Shown piece after piece: positions 26,091-36,136 of a DNA stretch of 46,583 bases (position 1 is its first letter; each line of letters begins with the position of its first letter). The notes under the pieces were generated by a model. It saw nothing but the letters and a program-made list of their open reading frames with translations, had not been told where the DNA came from and made no database searches. The DNA lies in assembly GCA_030592085.1 (NCBI GenBank), contig JAUUZV010000002.1, positions 1 through 46,583 on the forward strand, read 5' to 3'. Both the position numbers and the translations under genes were made by a program. Origin of the DNA: Clostridia bacterium (GTDB lineage Bacteria > Bacillota > Clostridia > DUPQ01).

Positions 26091-28325
26091 TTAGCTTAAA
26101 TTTTTATATTTTGCAAAGATTTCCAATGTTCTGACAGCTGAACGAATGTCAGAAAACACAGGTAATCCTCCTTTTTCCATAATTGAAACAAACTCTCCAT
26201 AATATTCACTTGCATTAACTGATACAATAATTGGCTTGTTATATTTATGAAATAATTTTACTACAATATTTGCTAAAGAATTTTCATTATGACAAGTATC
26301 TGGTGTAGATTTTATGTTTTCAACATGTGGAACAACGCCAACCAAAACACTATCCACATTATCATCTTTTAAGAAAGCTTCAATATATTGACCATACATC
26401 ACATCATCAGTCATAGGGGTTACATCCATGATGCTATTACTCACATCAACTAACCCATGGGTATTAATACTTTTTAGTGTTTTCATTGTCTTTTCGCTTG
26501 GTTTAGCTAGATTAAGACTACCTAACTCATCAGAAGCAATTGTAGCTTCAAACCCAGCATTTAATACACCTGCAACATTCATTCCATTTATTTCTTTATG
26601 GGCTAATAATGAAAAAGTTTTAATAGTATTCATGTACATACTAGCATCTTCTAGTAAAATCACATTTGCTTGTTGACATGCGGATTTAAAAACTTCATAA
26701 TCACCAGTCATAGAAGCTGTATGGCTTTGTGCAGCCTTTGCTCCCGCTTCTGTTTTCCCACCTTTGTATACAATAATAGGTTTTATAGAATTCTTAGCCA
26801 TTTCAAAGAATGCTCGTCCTTCTAACGTATCAAAACCTTCAACATAAAGAGCAATAACTTCAATAATATCTTGTAATTCAAATAAAGCTATTAAATCAGT
26901 AATTTTTACATCATATTTATTTCCAAAACTAACAACTGCCTTAAAAATTGGTGTGTTTTTAAGTTTATCAATCATAGTTATTGCCATTCCACCACTTTGT
27001 GACAGTAGAACAACATTACTTCGTTCATTAGATTCAATATGTAATCGATCCTCTTCAATAAATAGAGAATTAACACCAATGGCATCTTTTCCTTTTCCAT
27101 AGTAAGTTCCCATACAATTTGGACCAATAACTCTAATTCCTTCTTTCACCTTGCTTTTAAGGTCTCTTTTAAATTCTTGGTAATCTATATCTGATGGAAT
27201 TCCTGGTATTAATACAACAGATTTAGGTATATTTTTTTCCATGCTTTCAAAGAAAGACGAAATATATTTTGCAGGAGCTGTATAAATAGCTAAATCTACT
27301 TCTTTTTCAATGTGGTCCATACTTTGATATAGAGGATAATCTTTATCCCCTAATTTCACTGTGCCACCCTTTGGATTTACACAATATAAATCATCTCGTC
27401 CTAGTTCGTGCATTAAATGTGCAATTTCTTTTCCCATACTATATTTATTAGGATCTGAAGTAACACCTACAACTGCTACTCCATTCGGTTTAAAAAATGG
27501 TATTAAATTACTTGTATTAACTGTTAATTCATCATTTTGCTTTTGAGCTTTTTCAAAGGATACATATCCATCTACTGCCACAAATTTTCCAGACTTAGAA
27601 AACACAAAAGGATTAAAATCTGCTTGTGTTATATAGTAAGATGGATTATCTAGATTAACTTTTGAATAAGTATATGCAAGTGCACTAATGATTGAAGTAG
27701 TTTTTGCAATTAAATCTGTGTATTCAGGATGTCCTGTTTCAATATATTTATGTCTTATTTTAATACTGCTAGCTAACTGTGTTGCTTGTTCTAAGTTTAA
27801 ATGAGGTAAAACTAAATTCGCCTTATCATAGTACTTAGCAAAAAACTCTGCATCATCGCCACCTTTACTTAATGTAATAACTGGACCAAAAGCTCTATCA
27901 CACTTTATTCCTAAAAGCAGTTCATTTCCTAATCCACTGGAAAACTCCACAAACTCAACTATGAGAAATCCCTCAATATGAGGTAACTTTGTATCATAAT
28001 GAGATAAAATTTCAGTTCTCATTTTATCTATGACATATTGTACAAAAATAGGGTCATGTTTATTAACAATTTTCACGCCCCCTAGCTTTTGCTTATGAAT
28101 AATATCTTTAGATACTACTTTTATAACTACTTTATCTCCAAAGGGTTGTAAAACATCTTCAGTTACTTGATTTGATTCAGTAATAAGTACATTTTTAGGA
28201 ACAGAAAGCCCAACCCAATCAAGAAGTTCATATACTTCATGTTCATATAACATTGTTCGTTTTTCACTGTCAGCTTTTTCAAATATGTTGTTAATTTTAT
28301 TGATTGAACCAATAGATATTTCCAT
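26091..28325 (-). CDS. ADP-forming acyl-CoA synthetase (NDP-forming, ACD family), fused, ATP-grasp domain first
   Basis: N-terminal ATP-grasp-like region (MLYEHEVYELLDWVGLSVP...VVIKVVSKDIIHKQKLGGV...FGPVITLSKGGDDAE). Then a CoA-binding region (GVAVVGVTSDPNKYSMGKEI...IGPNCMG). Then a ligase-CoA region with the phospho-His context AAQSHTASMTG. Confidence 0.75.
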   Translation of the reverse strand: MEISIGSINKINNIFEKADSEKRTMLYEHEVYELLDWVGLSVPKNVLITESNQVTEDVLQPFGDKVVIKVVSKDIIHKQKLGGVKIVNKHDPIFVQYVIDKMRTEILSHYDTKLPHIEGFLIVEFVEFSSGLGNELLLGIKCDRAFGPVITLSKGGDDAEFFAKYYDKANLVLPHLNLEQATQLASSIKIRHKYIETGHPEYTDLIAKTTSIISALAYTYSKVNLDNPSYYITQADFNPFVFSKSGKFVAVDGYVSFEKAQKQNDELTVNTSNLIPFFKPNGVAVVGVTSDPNKYSMGKEIAHLMHELGRDDLYCVNPKGGTVKLGDKDYPLYQSMDHIEKEVDLAIYTAPAKYISSFFESMEKNIPKSVVLIPGIPSDIDYQEFKRDLKSKVKEGIRVIGPNCMGTYYGKGKDAIGVNSLFIEEDRLHIESNERSNVVLLSQSGGMAITMIDKLKNTPIFKAVVSFGNKYDVKITDLIALFELQDIIEVIALYVEGFDTLEGRAFFEMAKNSIKPIIVYKGGKTEAGAKAAQSHTASMTGDYEVFKSACQQANVILLEDASMYMNTIKTFSLLAHKEINGMNVAGVLNAGFEATIASDELGSLNLAKPSEKTMKTLKSINTHGLVDVSNSIMDVTPMTDDVMYGQYIEAFLKDDNVDSVLVGVVPHVENIKSTPDTCHNENSLANIVVKLFHKYNKPIIVSVNASEYYGEFVSIMEKGGLPVFSDIRSAVRTLEIFAKYKNLS

Positions 28326-28399
28326 AAAATTTAGCCCCTTACCTTTTGATATAATTATTATATCATAGACTAATATGTTATGAAATTTTAATACAAGGT

Positions 28400-29986
28400 T
28401 TAATATTTATAAATTGGTGTAACCCCAAGTTTTTCATTCATTTCATTTATTTTTTCTTGTCCATTTAATCTTTTCATTATAGAAATATATTCTGTTATTA
28501 CTTCATCTATATTCCTATTGTTGTTAAGCATACTCGTCATTGAATTGTCAAACGTATTTAGTTCATTTGGTTCACCAACCAGTATATCTAGCAAAAACCT
28601 TAGGTCAGTAAACTTTGGAAGTAGTAGATAAGCTTCTTTAGAATCAACTCTATCATCAACAAAACTATAAACATCTTTTTTATACTCTGAATATTTCATG
28701 CTTTCATCATATGGCATATTAATGTATTCATATTGTACATTACCTGAAGCATACGTCTCAAATTCTCCCACTACAGGTTGTAAAAATTCTCTTTTCATTT
28801 GAAATTCAAGCATATTCAATGTAACCACATGATTCTCAATTTCATAATACCCACCAGGTATCCCATATTTACCCATAAAATGCCCTTCCTCATTTCCATA
28901 AAATATATCTAGAAATTGATTAACAACGTACTTTGGATTTTCACTGTTATTAGTCAACACATAAAATCCAGTCAGTTTATTGATATATACTGGCATAGTG
29001 TTGATACTTCTACTTCCTTTTAAAGAATATATAAATTCATATTTGCTACTTGAAAACATTTCAATATCATTATTGTATTTACTACCAACTGTTATCTCTT
29101 TATCATTTGCTTTTTTTACATATATATATTTATTTTGAACCATATTCATTATGTAGTGCAATGTATTTCTCATCTCTGGCTTCAACATACTATCTTCATA
29201 GGTATTTGTCTCAGGATCAAAAGAAACACTGCTTGATACACCATTTATTTCTCCATTGGTAATATAACATCCATTAGCATTAAATATATCAATTAATCCT
29301 CTAGTAGGATTATAAAAACTTAAACTTGTAAAATATTCAGTATTACTTCTATTACTGAACTGCATAGCTAATTCTAATAATTCATCTAGTGTTTCTGGCA
29401 ATGGTAGCTGACTATCTTCTAACCATTCCTTATTAATATATCTTGCACCAAATGTAGGTTCAAACCCATATGGAATAGCCCATATATTTCCTGCTTCATC
29501 TTTATACATGTTTTGCATCATCAGTGGTAGATTATTCCATGTTTCATTATCTTCTACATAATCATTTAATGGTAAAATATTATTATTTTCAACAAATACA
29601 TCTATATAATTCTTAGCTATATTGGGAATAAACACAAATCCATTAGCACTGCTATTCTCAACATAATATGCTTGCATGTAACCATCAAATTTCTGCCAGA
29701 AGTTACCTGCGTCTTTTAAATTAATTTTAACATTATATTTTTCATAAATCTCAGCTTCCCATGACTGTATTTTATCCACATTCTCAATTTCCATTTCTCC
29801 GTATCGATTTACTCCATATCGATATGACACAATCTCAAATGGAACTGCTTCTCCTAGTTCTTTTCCCTCAATAAAAGTATTTTCACTAATAATAGGCTTT
29901 AGATTTTCTTCATTTATATTTGTATTGCATCCTGTTAACAATATTAATATTAATAATATACTGATGCTTCTTATACAACTTCTCAT
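28400..29986 (-). CDS. Large extracellular solute-binding lipoprotein (family-1 sugar SBP, LplA-like)
   Basis: 528 aa. Signal peptide plus lipobox LLTGC. AAGGGAG RBS. Size and Trp/Tyr-rich composition fit oligosaccharide-type SBPs. No permease or ATPase genes are adjacent. Confidence 0.65.
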   Translation of the reverse strand: MRSCIRSISILLILILLTGCNTNINEENLKPIISENTFIEGKELGEAVPFEIVSYRYGVNRYGEMEIENVDKIQSWEAEIYEKYNVKINLKDAGNFWQKFDGYMQAYYVENSSANGFVFIPNIAKNYIDVFVENNNILPLNDYVEDNETWNNLPLMMQNMYKDEAGNIWAIPYGFEPTFGARYINKEWLEDSQLPLPETLDELLELAMQFSNRSNTEYFTSLSFYNPTRGLIDIFNANGCYITNGEINGVSSSVSFDPETNTYEDSMLKPEMRNTLHYIMNMVQNKYIYVKKANDKEITVGSKYNNDIEMFSSSKYEFIYSLKGSRSINTMPVYINKLTGFYVLTNNSENPKYVVNQFLDIFYGNEEGHFMGKYGIPGGYYEIENHVVTLNMLEFQMKREFLQPVVGEFETYASGNVQYEYINMPYDESMKYSEYKKDVYSFVDDRVDSKEAYLLLPKFTDLRFLLDILVGEPNELNTFDNSMTSMLNNNRNIDEVITEYISIMKRLNGQEKINEMNEKLGVTPIYKY

Positions 29987-30206
29987 TATTTACTCCCTTC
30001 TTTTGCTAATTTTAATATTTTTTACATGGAAAACTCATTTAAACTTCTACATTAATTTTCACAAAAAATATCCCTATAACTGATGTAATAAGGATATCAT
30101 TGTTATTATTTTTATGTGTTAATAAATCGCGAACGTTTTATTAACATTCTGTGAACATTACTGACAGCCTCCCACCTACTAGATGGGTGACTTCTTGTAG
30201 ATTATT

Positions 30207-31406
30207 TTAAAAACACTTTGAAATGCGTTCTAATGTTTCGTCAATATCTTTTTCTTTATGTGAGTAGTTCACATAAGAAACATTATATAAAGACACCCCA
30301 TTAGCATATGCTTGTCTAAAAAATTCTTGTAAAAGAGATTGATCTTTAGTAACAAAAATAGCACATGGGGGAAAGCCTTTTACACGAATATCATAGTTTT
30401 TCTCTTCAAACAAACGGTTTAAAGCACCAAACAATTTTTCTCCCATTTCCCACAAATGATTTATTACAGGTTCCTTTTTATATGTTTTAATTACCTGCTT
30501 ACATGCAGCTAGAGATAGAGCTTCTCCGCCATAAGTTGATGAAATTGTAGCTCCCTTTGTAACAAATTTCATAATATCTTTTTTGCCACAAAAACAAGAT
30601 AACGGCATACCATTTGCAATTCCTTTTGCATAAACAGCTAAATCAGGAATAACATTAAAGTATTCAGACACTCCTCCTAAAGCTATTCTGAAACCTGTAA
30701 CAATTTCATCAAAAACTAATACACTTTTGTTATTTTTTGTTATCTCTCTTAAAAATGGATAGAAGGTTTGTCCTCTTTCCATTTCCTCATAATCAGCTGC
30801 AACTACAACAGCCGCTATATCACCTTTATATGTTTCATATAATTGTTTCACAGTTTTCTCATCATTCCATTTAACTGTATGATGTAATTGACTAAGTTCT
30901 TTTGTAATTCCAAGAGGAACTCCTGTTGATATATCTCTTGGATTTAGTTTTGCTCCTTCACCTAAGGTGTTAATCCATCCATTATAACCAATCTGTATTA
31001 TATGTTTTTTACTAGTATATGCCCTTGCTAGTTTAATACATGCAGCTAGCGCTTCTCCTCCTGTTTTTAAAAAGCGAACTTTCTCTGCACAGGGTATAAT
31101 TTTAGTAAGCATTTTTGCAACTTCTGCTTCTAAAGGGGTTGGTTGTCCAAACACAATTCCTTTATTTAACTGTCTTTTAATAGCACTAGTTACTTCTTTG
31201 TAATTATAACCTAGTGTCACTGGGCCAAGTCCATTTCTAAAATCAATATACTCTTTATTATTAGCATCAATTACTCTACAACCTTCACCTTTAACAATAA
31301 CCGACGGTTCTTCTGGTTGTAATGTGGCTCGTTTTGAACCTGTAGATGAACCACCTGCCACATATTTTTCTAACTGATTAAACCAATAATTATTATCTTT
31401 TTTCAT
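30207..31406 (-). CDS. Class-III PLP aminotransferase (glutamate-1-semialdehyde aminomutase-like)
   Basis: 399 aa. LVFDEIVTGFR and the Lys context AVYAKGIANGMP are typical of class-III aminotransferases. Starts immediately after the upstream stop. Confidence 0.8.
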   Translation of the reverse strand: MKKDNNYWFNQLEKYVAGGSSTGSKRATLQPEEPSVIVKGEGCRVIDANNKEYIDFRNGLGPVTLGYNYKEVTSAIKRQLNKGIVFGQPTPLEAEVAKMLTKIIPCAEKVRFLKTGGEALAACIKLARAYTSKKHIIQIGYNGWINTLGEGAKLNPRDISTGVPLGITKELSQLHHTVKWNDEKTVKQLYETYKGDIAAVVVAADYEEMERGQTFYPFLREITKNNKSVLVFDEIVTGFRIALGGVSEYFNVIPDLAVYAKGIANGMPLSCFCGKKDIMKFVTKGATISSTYGGEALSLAACKQVIKTYKKEPVINHLWEMGEKLFGALNRLFEEKNYDIRVKGFPPCAIFVTKDQSLLQEFFRQAYANGVSLYNVSYVNYSHKEKDIDETLERISKCF

Positions 31407-32366
31407 TTATAATCCCTCTATCTCTTCTAAAAATACTTCTCTATTGCCTTCATTTTTACTTTTAATTCCTGCAATTATAATTTTCATCAACTCAATTGTT
31501 TCACTAAACTCAAAAGGCATTATACCTGTTCGCAAATAACTTATAAACGCTTCTAGTTGATTTCTAAAAGAGAAATATGATCCCCCAGATTCAGCAAAAG
31601 TAAACCCCTTGTCTCCTCCTAGTAATACTTTTCCAAAACATCCTCTCATATCATAAATAGCTGCAATAACTACATCAATATCTTTTTCATGTTTAAGATG
31701 AACAATATCACGTTTATCGTTTCCTGAATTTCTTACTGAGATAAAACCTGGTTTTACAATTGTATATATTCCTTCTAAAGCATGTATTCCATAACGTTCC
31801 CAAGTTTTTGCAGTTGTAATTGTAGCGTATTTTAAATTACCATATTGGGTTGTATTTTCTCTTAGATCTTTTAATCCTGGATTATATCTCATGGAACTAG
31901 AGGATATAAACTTTTTACCTTCCTTGTGCCATTTTATAAATTGCTGTAAGTCTTTTTCATTATCACACATTGGTTTATCAATAAATATAGGTATGTTTGC
32001 TTCCATAAATGGTCTCACCCTATTAACATGTTCCCATCCTTTATCTGTAGGAATTACAACTGCATCTACCTTTCCTATAACATCTTCAGGATTTTTTACC
32101 ACATTAGGAATAAGAGATGCTTTTGCTACATGTTTTGCCTGGTCATAATCATCACACCAAATATGTGTTACGTTCACATTAGGAATAGTTAGTGTTTCTT
32201 TTGGTTGTTCACCTAAATACTGAGGTATAACTGGATAACCACATTCTTTCATTTCCTTTTCGTCATAACCATTACAAATGGCACTCCAAGAATATGGATG
32301 TCCATTTTCAGCAACCATTCCTATCATGGCTAGATTTATTTGCTTTTTTTGAATAATCGGTTTCAT
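31407..32366 (-). CDS. Gfo/Idh/MocA-like oxidoreductase (atypical dinucleotide-binding N-terminus)
   Basis: 319 aa. INLAMIGMVAENGHPYSW...VDAVVIPTDKGWEH...IPIFIDKPM follows the Gfo/Idh/MocA N-domain layout, but the glycine motif is non-canonical. AAGGAG RBS. Confidence 0.6.
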   Translation of the reverse strand: MKPIIQKKQINLAMIGMVAENGHPYSWSAICNGYDEKEMKECGYPVIPQYLGEQPKETLTIPNVNVTHIWCDDYDQAKHVAKASLIPNVVKNPEDVIGKVDAVVIPTDKGWEHVNRVRPFMEANIPIFIDKPMCDNEKDLQQFIKWHKEGKKFISSSSMRYNPGLKDLRENTTQYGNLKYATITTAKTWERYGIHALEGIYTIVKPGFISVRNSGNDKRDIVHLKHEKDIDVVIAAIYDMRGCFGKVLLGGDKGFTFAESGGSYFSFRNQLEAFISYLRTGIMPFEFSETIELMKIIIAGIKSKNEGNREVFLEEIEGL

Positions 32367-32469
32367 CTTTTGCTCCTTCTTATGATAATAGTAAATATAA
32401 CCAAACTGTATTTAAGTAATTATTTTCTTTTATATCCAGTTTTTTTGTTGATTGCATTCAACAATCTTC

Positions 32470-33258
32470 TTATTTAGCTGTTAATCCACCATCAACTGGT
32501 ATATTTGTTCCCGTGATATAACTTGATGCATCACTTGCTAGAAAAACTAAAATACCTTTCATATCATCATCATTTGCTAATCGCTTTAAAAATGTTTTTT
32601 TACAGTAATTTTCTTTAAATTCTTTTGGTTGCTGACTAGTTTCATATCCACCTGGGTGAATACAATTTACTCTAACACCTTTTGGACCATAGAATCCTGC
32701 AAAAAACTTAGTTAAATTTGCAATTCCTCCTTTGTTATAGTAATAAGCAGCTCCTCCTGTTTTTAATAACCCTGTTCCTTCATATAACCAATCATCATAG
32801 CCCACTAAACCATAAATTGATCCAATATTAATAATTGAACCAGTTCCTTGAAGTGCCATTTGATCAGCAAATTCACGATGCATTAATATCAATCCTGTTC
32901 CATTCACTTTAAAATCATTGTCTAATTTTTCAGCAGTTAATTCAGCAATATGTCCGCTTCTAGCTACAGAATTATTAATTAGTATATCAATTTTTCCACT
33001 TCGTTTCACTATTTCATTTTTTAATTTAATAATAGATTCATGATTACTTTGATCATATTCCAATGGAATAACAGTTAAGTTTTCTTCTTTTTTTAACTTA
33101 TCTGTAAACTCTGTTAATTTTTCTAAATTTCTAGATGCTGTATATGTTATAGCTCCTGCTTGTGCTAAAGCAATAACCATCTGTCTTCCATATAACCCTG
33201 ACCCACCTGTAACTAATGCCACTTTCCCAGCCAACGAAAATCTATCTAATATATTCAT
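32470..33258 (-). CDS. Short-chain dehydrogenase/reductase (SDR)
   Basis: 262 aa. VTGGSGLYG cofactor motif, NNSV, and a C-terminal ASSYITGTNIPVDGG tail. Confidence 0.85.
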   Translation of the reverse strand: MNILDRFSLAGKVALVTGGSGLYGRQMVIALAQAGAITYTASRNLEKLTEFTDKLKKEENLTVIPLEYDQSNHESIIKLKNEIVKRSGKIDILINNSVARSGHIAELTAEKLDNDFKVNGTGLILMHREFADQMALQGTGSIINIGSIYGLVGYDDWLYEGTGLLKTGGAAYYYNKGGIANLTKFFAGFYGPKGVRVNCIHPGGYETSQQPKEFKENYCKKTFLKRLANDDDMKGILVFLASDASSYITGTNIPVDGGLTAK

Positions 33259-33270
33259 TTTAATCCCTCA

Positions 33271-34179
33271 CTATCCTTGTTTATCCCAAAGCATTGGGAA
33301 AAATATCCATTCAGGTACTCCACTTAATAATTCTTCAATCTCTTTCATTTTATCATTTGAAAAAGGAGTTTTGTTAAGTAATGTTATATTTTCTTTTACT
33401 TGTGTTATATTGTCACATCCAATTACCAATGAATTTACATAATTAAGACTATTAACATACCTTAAAGCTAATTCAGCAACGCTCATATTCTCTTTGTCTG
33501 CAAAGGAATTAACCTTATCTAAGTAAGGTTTTATTTCTTTTAAATTACCAGTTAATTTATTTGGTTCTTTAAAGAAAATCCCTTGTAAATAAACACTTCT
33601 AACATATATGGTTTTATTTAGTAATTTCTTTTTTTTATCAGCTTGTGATGTAATACGTTGATCTAACATATTTACAGGTAGTTGATATGATGAATATAAC
33701 TCATTTGACAACATGTCTTTTATTTCATCATATGTATATCCACTTGCACCTGCTTTTTTAATCAGTTTCTCATCTAGTAATTTTTTAAATGCTTTATCAA
33801 TTTCACGACCATATATTTTATATTCTTTAGCATCATGCATTAATAAGGTATCAACATTTTTAACTCCTAAATTTAATAGTGATTTCTCTAACGATTGATA
33901 AATATTCTTTTCAACATCATTTTTTGTAATGTTTCCTAATTTAAATTTTGTCACTATTTGAGTAATATCTTTTGCTTGGCTGTTTTGAAAAAAGTATTGA
34001 CCAATAACTCTTTCGCTATCTCCGTATCCTGCGGCTGTATCTAACGTAGTAATTTTATTAGCAAGGGCCATATCTAAAATATCAAATGCTTTTTCTAGCG
34101 AAGGTTTTCCATCTTTATTGTTAATACCATAATTTAATCCTAACTGTACAGTACCTAATGTCATTTTGTAAGGTTTCAT
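33271..34179 (-). CDS. Aldo/keto reductase
   Basis: 302 aa. LGTVQLGLNYG...LDTAAGYGDSE...LLMHD are typical AKR motifs. Confidence 0.8.
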   Translation of the reverse strand: MKPYKMTLGTVQLGLNYGINNKDGKPSLEKAFDILDMALANKITTLDTAAGYGDSERVIGQYFFQNSQAKDITQIVTKFKLGNITKNDVEKNIYQSLEKSLLNLGVKNVDTLLMHDAKEYKIYGREIDKAFKKLLDEKLIKKAGASGYTYDEIKDMLSNELYSSYQLPVNMLDQRITSQADKKKKLLNKTIYVRSVYLQGIFFKEPNKLTGNLKEIKPYLDKVNSFADKENMSVAELALRYVNSLNYVNSLVIGCDNITQVKENITLLNKTPFSNDKMKEIEELLSGVPEWIFFPMLWDKQG

Positions 34180-35039
34180 AATGTTACCTCATTTATTCTA
34201 TTCATGAATTCTTTGATTTCTTCTTTTGCTTCATTCGATATATTTATTGAATAATCTTCATGATATCGCCCAGGCATTCCTAATAATTCCATGGCATATG
34301 AAAAGCTGACCAAGACACCATGTTTAATAAATATATTTCTTAAATCAAGAATATTTTGTAAGTGAAATGATATGTTTTCGCCTTGATACATTTTTTGTGT
34401 ATTTAAGGGAGTACAGCAAAACATACCATCTAAGTTTTTCTTAATACCTCCTTGTAATGCTATATCAAATGTATCTAAGCCACTATATAGTAAATCAAAA
34501 TCTGCTTGTTTGTATGGATTTCTCATTATTGAAGATATTAAATTCATATTACCTGATTTAATTCCTTTTATATTGTCATGTTTCATTAAAGTAAGGACTG
34601 TGTCTACTGTCATTGGAGATTGTGTTACTCCTGGTAAGTCATATAAATATAAAGGTTTAATTGATTGATTTGCAATTGCTTTATAAAATGAAATAATCTG
34701 TGTTTGATTAACCATATAATAAAATGGTGTGGTTGCCACAATACCATCAAAATTTAAATGATCTATTGCGTTTACTCTATCCATAACCCTACCAATAGAA
34801 TTATCCATTACTCCAATCATTAAAGGAACTCTTTTTTTATTTGCTTTTATACTCGCTTTAGCGATTGAAACATAATCCTTTTCTCTTACTCCTATCATAT
34901 TACCCATTGAGCCCATGCAAAGTAGACCAGACGCTCCAGCTTGAATTTGCTGATTTATCTGTGTTACAAAACTTTTCTCTATTAACTGTCCATTACTATC
35001 AAGTGGGGTTCCTAAAGCTGTGTAAAATCCATTATTCAT
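34176..35039 (-). CDS. DapA/NanA-family class-I (Schiff-base) aldolase/lyase, divergent
   Basis: ALGTPLDSNGQLIE N-terminus, LYLYDLPG (Tyr) and NIKGIKSGN (Lys). The family GxxGE motif reads GSMGN here. I prefer the ATG at 35039 (GAGGT 8 nt upstream) over the TTG at 35060. Confidence 0.7.
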   Translation of the reverse strand: MNNGFYTALGTPLDSNGQLIEKSFVTQINQQIQAGASGLLCMGSMGNMIGVREKDYVSIAKASIKANKKRVPLMIGVMDNSIGRVMDRVNAIDHLNFDGIVATTPFYYMVNQTQIISFYKAIANQSIKPLYLYDLPGVTQSPMTVDTVLTLMKHDNIKGIKSGNMNLISSIMRNPYKQADFDLLYSGLDTFDIALQGGIKKNLDGMFCCTPLNTQKMYQGENISFHLQNILDLRNIFIKHGVLVSFSYAMELLGMPGRYHEDYSINISNEAKEEIKEFMNRINEVTL

Positions 35040-35040
35040 A

Positions 35041-36135
35041 TTAATATACCTCGTTTTCAAAAAGTGTTTTTGTGGTTATGGAAATATTTCCTAAATTATT
35101 AATAATTATTTGTTTAGTAAATTGTAATTCTAAAAGACTTTTCACTCCTAAAATATATTGCGTAAATCCTTGTATCGTAAAGCGAATAGCTGCTTTTTTT
35201 GTAGTGATTATACATTGATTGTTTCTTTTAATATATGATATACCATCAATATTAATAACTATATTTTCTGGGAAATCAGATATAACTAACATTCTTTTTA
35301 CATCTAGTATTTTTGACATTTTATCTTGTATTAATTTAATACTCTCACAATCACTTTTTATGTTATCAATAATTAAAGAATCAGGAGGTGTAATTATAAC
35401 TATATTTTCCTTATTTTTATATACATTATATATATAGGCAAGTAATTCCTCTAATATAGTAAAATCATTATAGACTATTTCACTAATAAATATATCATTT
35501 TTCTTTTCTTTATATATAACATATCCACTATCTTTAATTGCCTTTATTTTATATCCTTTTTCGTAAAAAGATTGTACATATGATGCCATTAATTTATTGT
35601 CTCGTTGGCAATATAGATTATACCGTTTTGAAAAGTTCCTTCGTGCTTTTACAAGTTTCTTTGTTAATTCAACTGTACCATCGTCATTTACTACTTTCTT
35701 TTCAAGGTAACTAAGTTGTTTCATTTGATATGTTAACTCGTAGAAAGACAAGGTATTACTATATCCAAATTTTTCATAAAAGCTTGTTAAAAAGGGCGCT
35801 AGTGATGACAGAACATAACCTCTTTTATTCATTATAGTAAGTGCATGGTTTATTAGTCTTTTAGAATATCCTTTGTTACGGTATAAAGGATTAGTAGCTA
35901 CTGAACCAATTCCCCCTGCCATAATTAATGTATTGTTAAAAGTTAACTCCATTGGTTTAATCCAGATTACTGATATTAGAAATTCTTTAGAAAACATGCC
36001 ATACCAATTTATCTCATCATAATAATATTTCATGGCAAAATCTTCCTGCTTTTTAGTTAAGATAGGAAAACATTCTCTTCGAAGATCATAAAGCTGATTA
36101 TAATCAGTTTTTTTTAGTAATCGTAATTCGTCCAT
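35041..36135 (-). CDS. Eis-like three-domain GNAT N-acetyltransferase
   Basis: 364 aa. Acetyl-CoA motif VATNPLYRNKGYSKRLINHAL. The length and long C-terminal extension fit the Eis (GNAT-GNAT-SCP2) architecture. Confidence 0.6.
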   Translation of the reverse strand: MDELRLLKKTDYNQLYDLRRECFPILTKKQEDFAMKYYYDEINWYGMFSKEFLISVIWIKPMELTFNNTLIMAGGIGSVATNPLYRNKGYSKRLINHALTIMNKRGYVLSSLAPFLTSFYEKFGYSNTLSFYELTYQMKQLSYLEKKVVNDDGTVELTKKLVKARRNFSKRYNLYCQRDNKLMASYVQSFYEKGYKIKAIKDSGYVIYKEKKNDIFISEIVYNDFTILEELLAYIYNVYKNKENIVIITPPDSLIIDNIKSDCESIKLIQDKMSKILDVKRMLVISDFPENIVINIDGISYIKRNNQCIITTKKAAIRFTIQGFTQYILGVKSLLELQFTKQIIINNLGNISITTKTLFENEVY

Positions 36136-36136
36136 C

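Noticed and set aside
29987-30206. 220-nt intergenic spacer examined for a riboswitch, sRNA or terminator
   Set aside because: I found only weak, short hairpins (a 6-bp stem with a G-T wobble around 30171-30190 and ATATCC/GGATAT around 30070-30098). There is no T-tract and no recognisable riboswitch core.
32367-32469. 103-nt gap inside the big operon as an internal terminator or promoter
   Set aside because: The only hairpin (TTGTTGA/TCAACAA, 7 bp, AT-rich) is followed by A-residues on the coding strand, so it is not an intrinsic terminator. I found no -35/-10 pair with acceptable spacing. I therefore treat it as a probable read-through junction.
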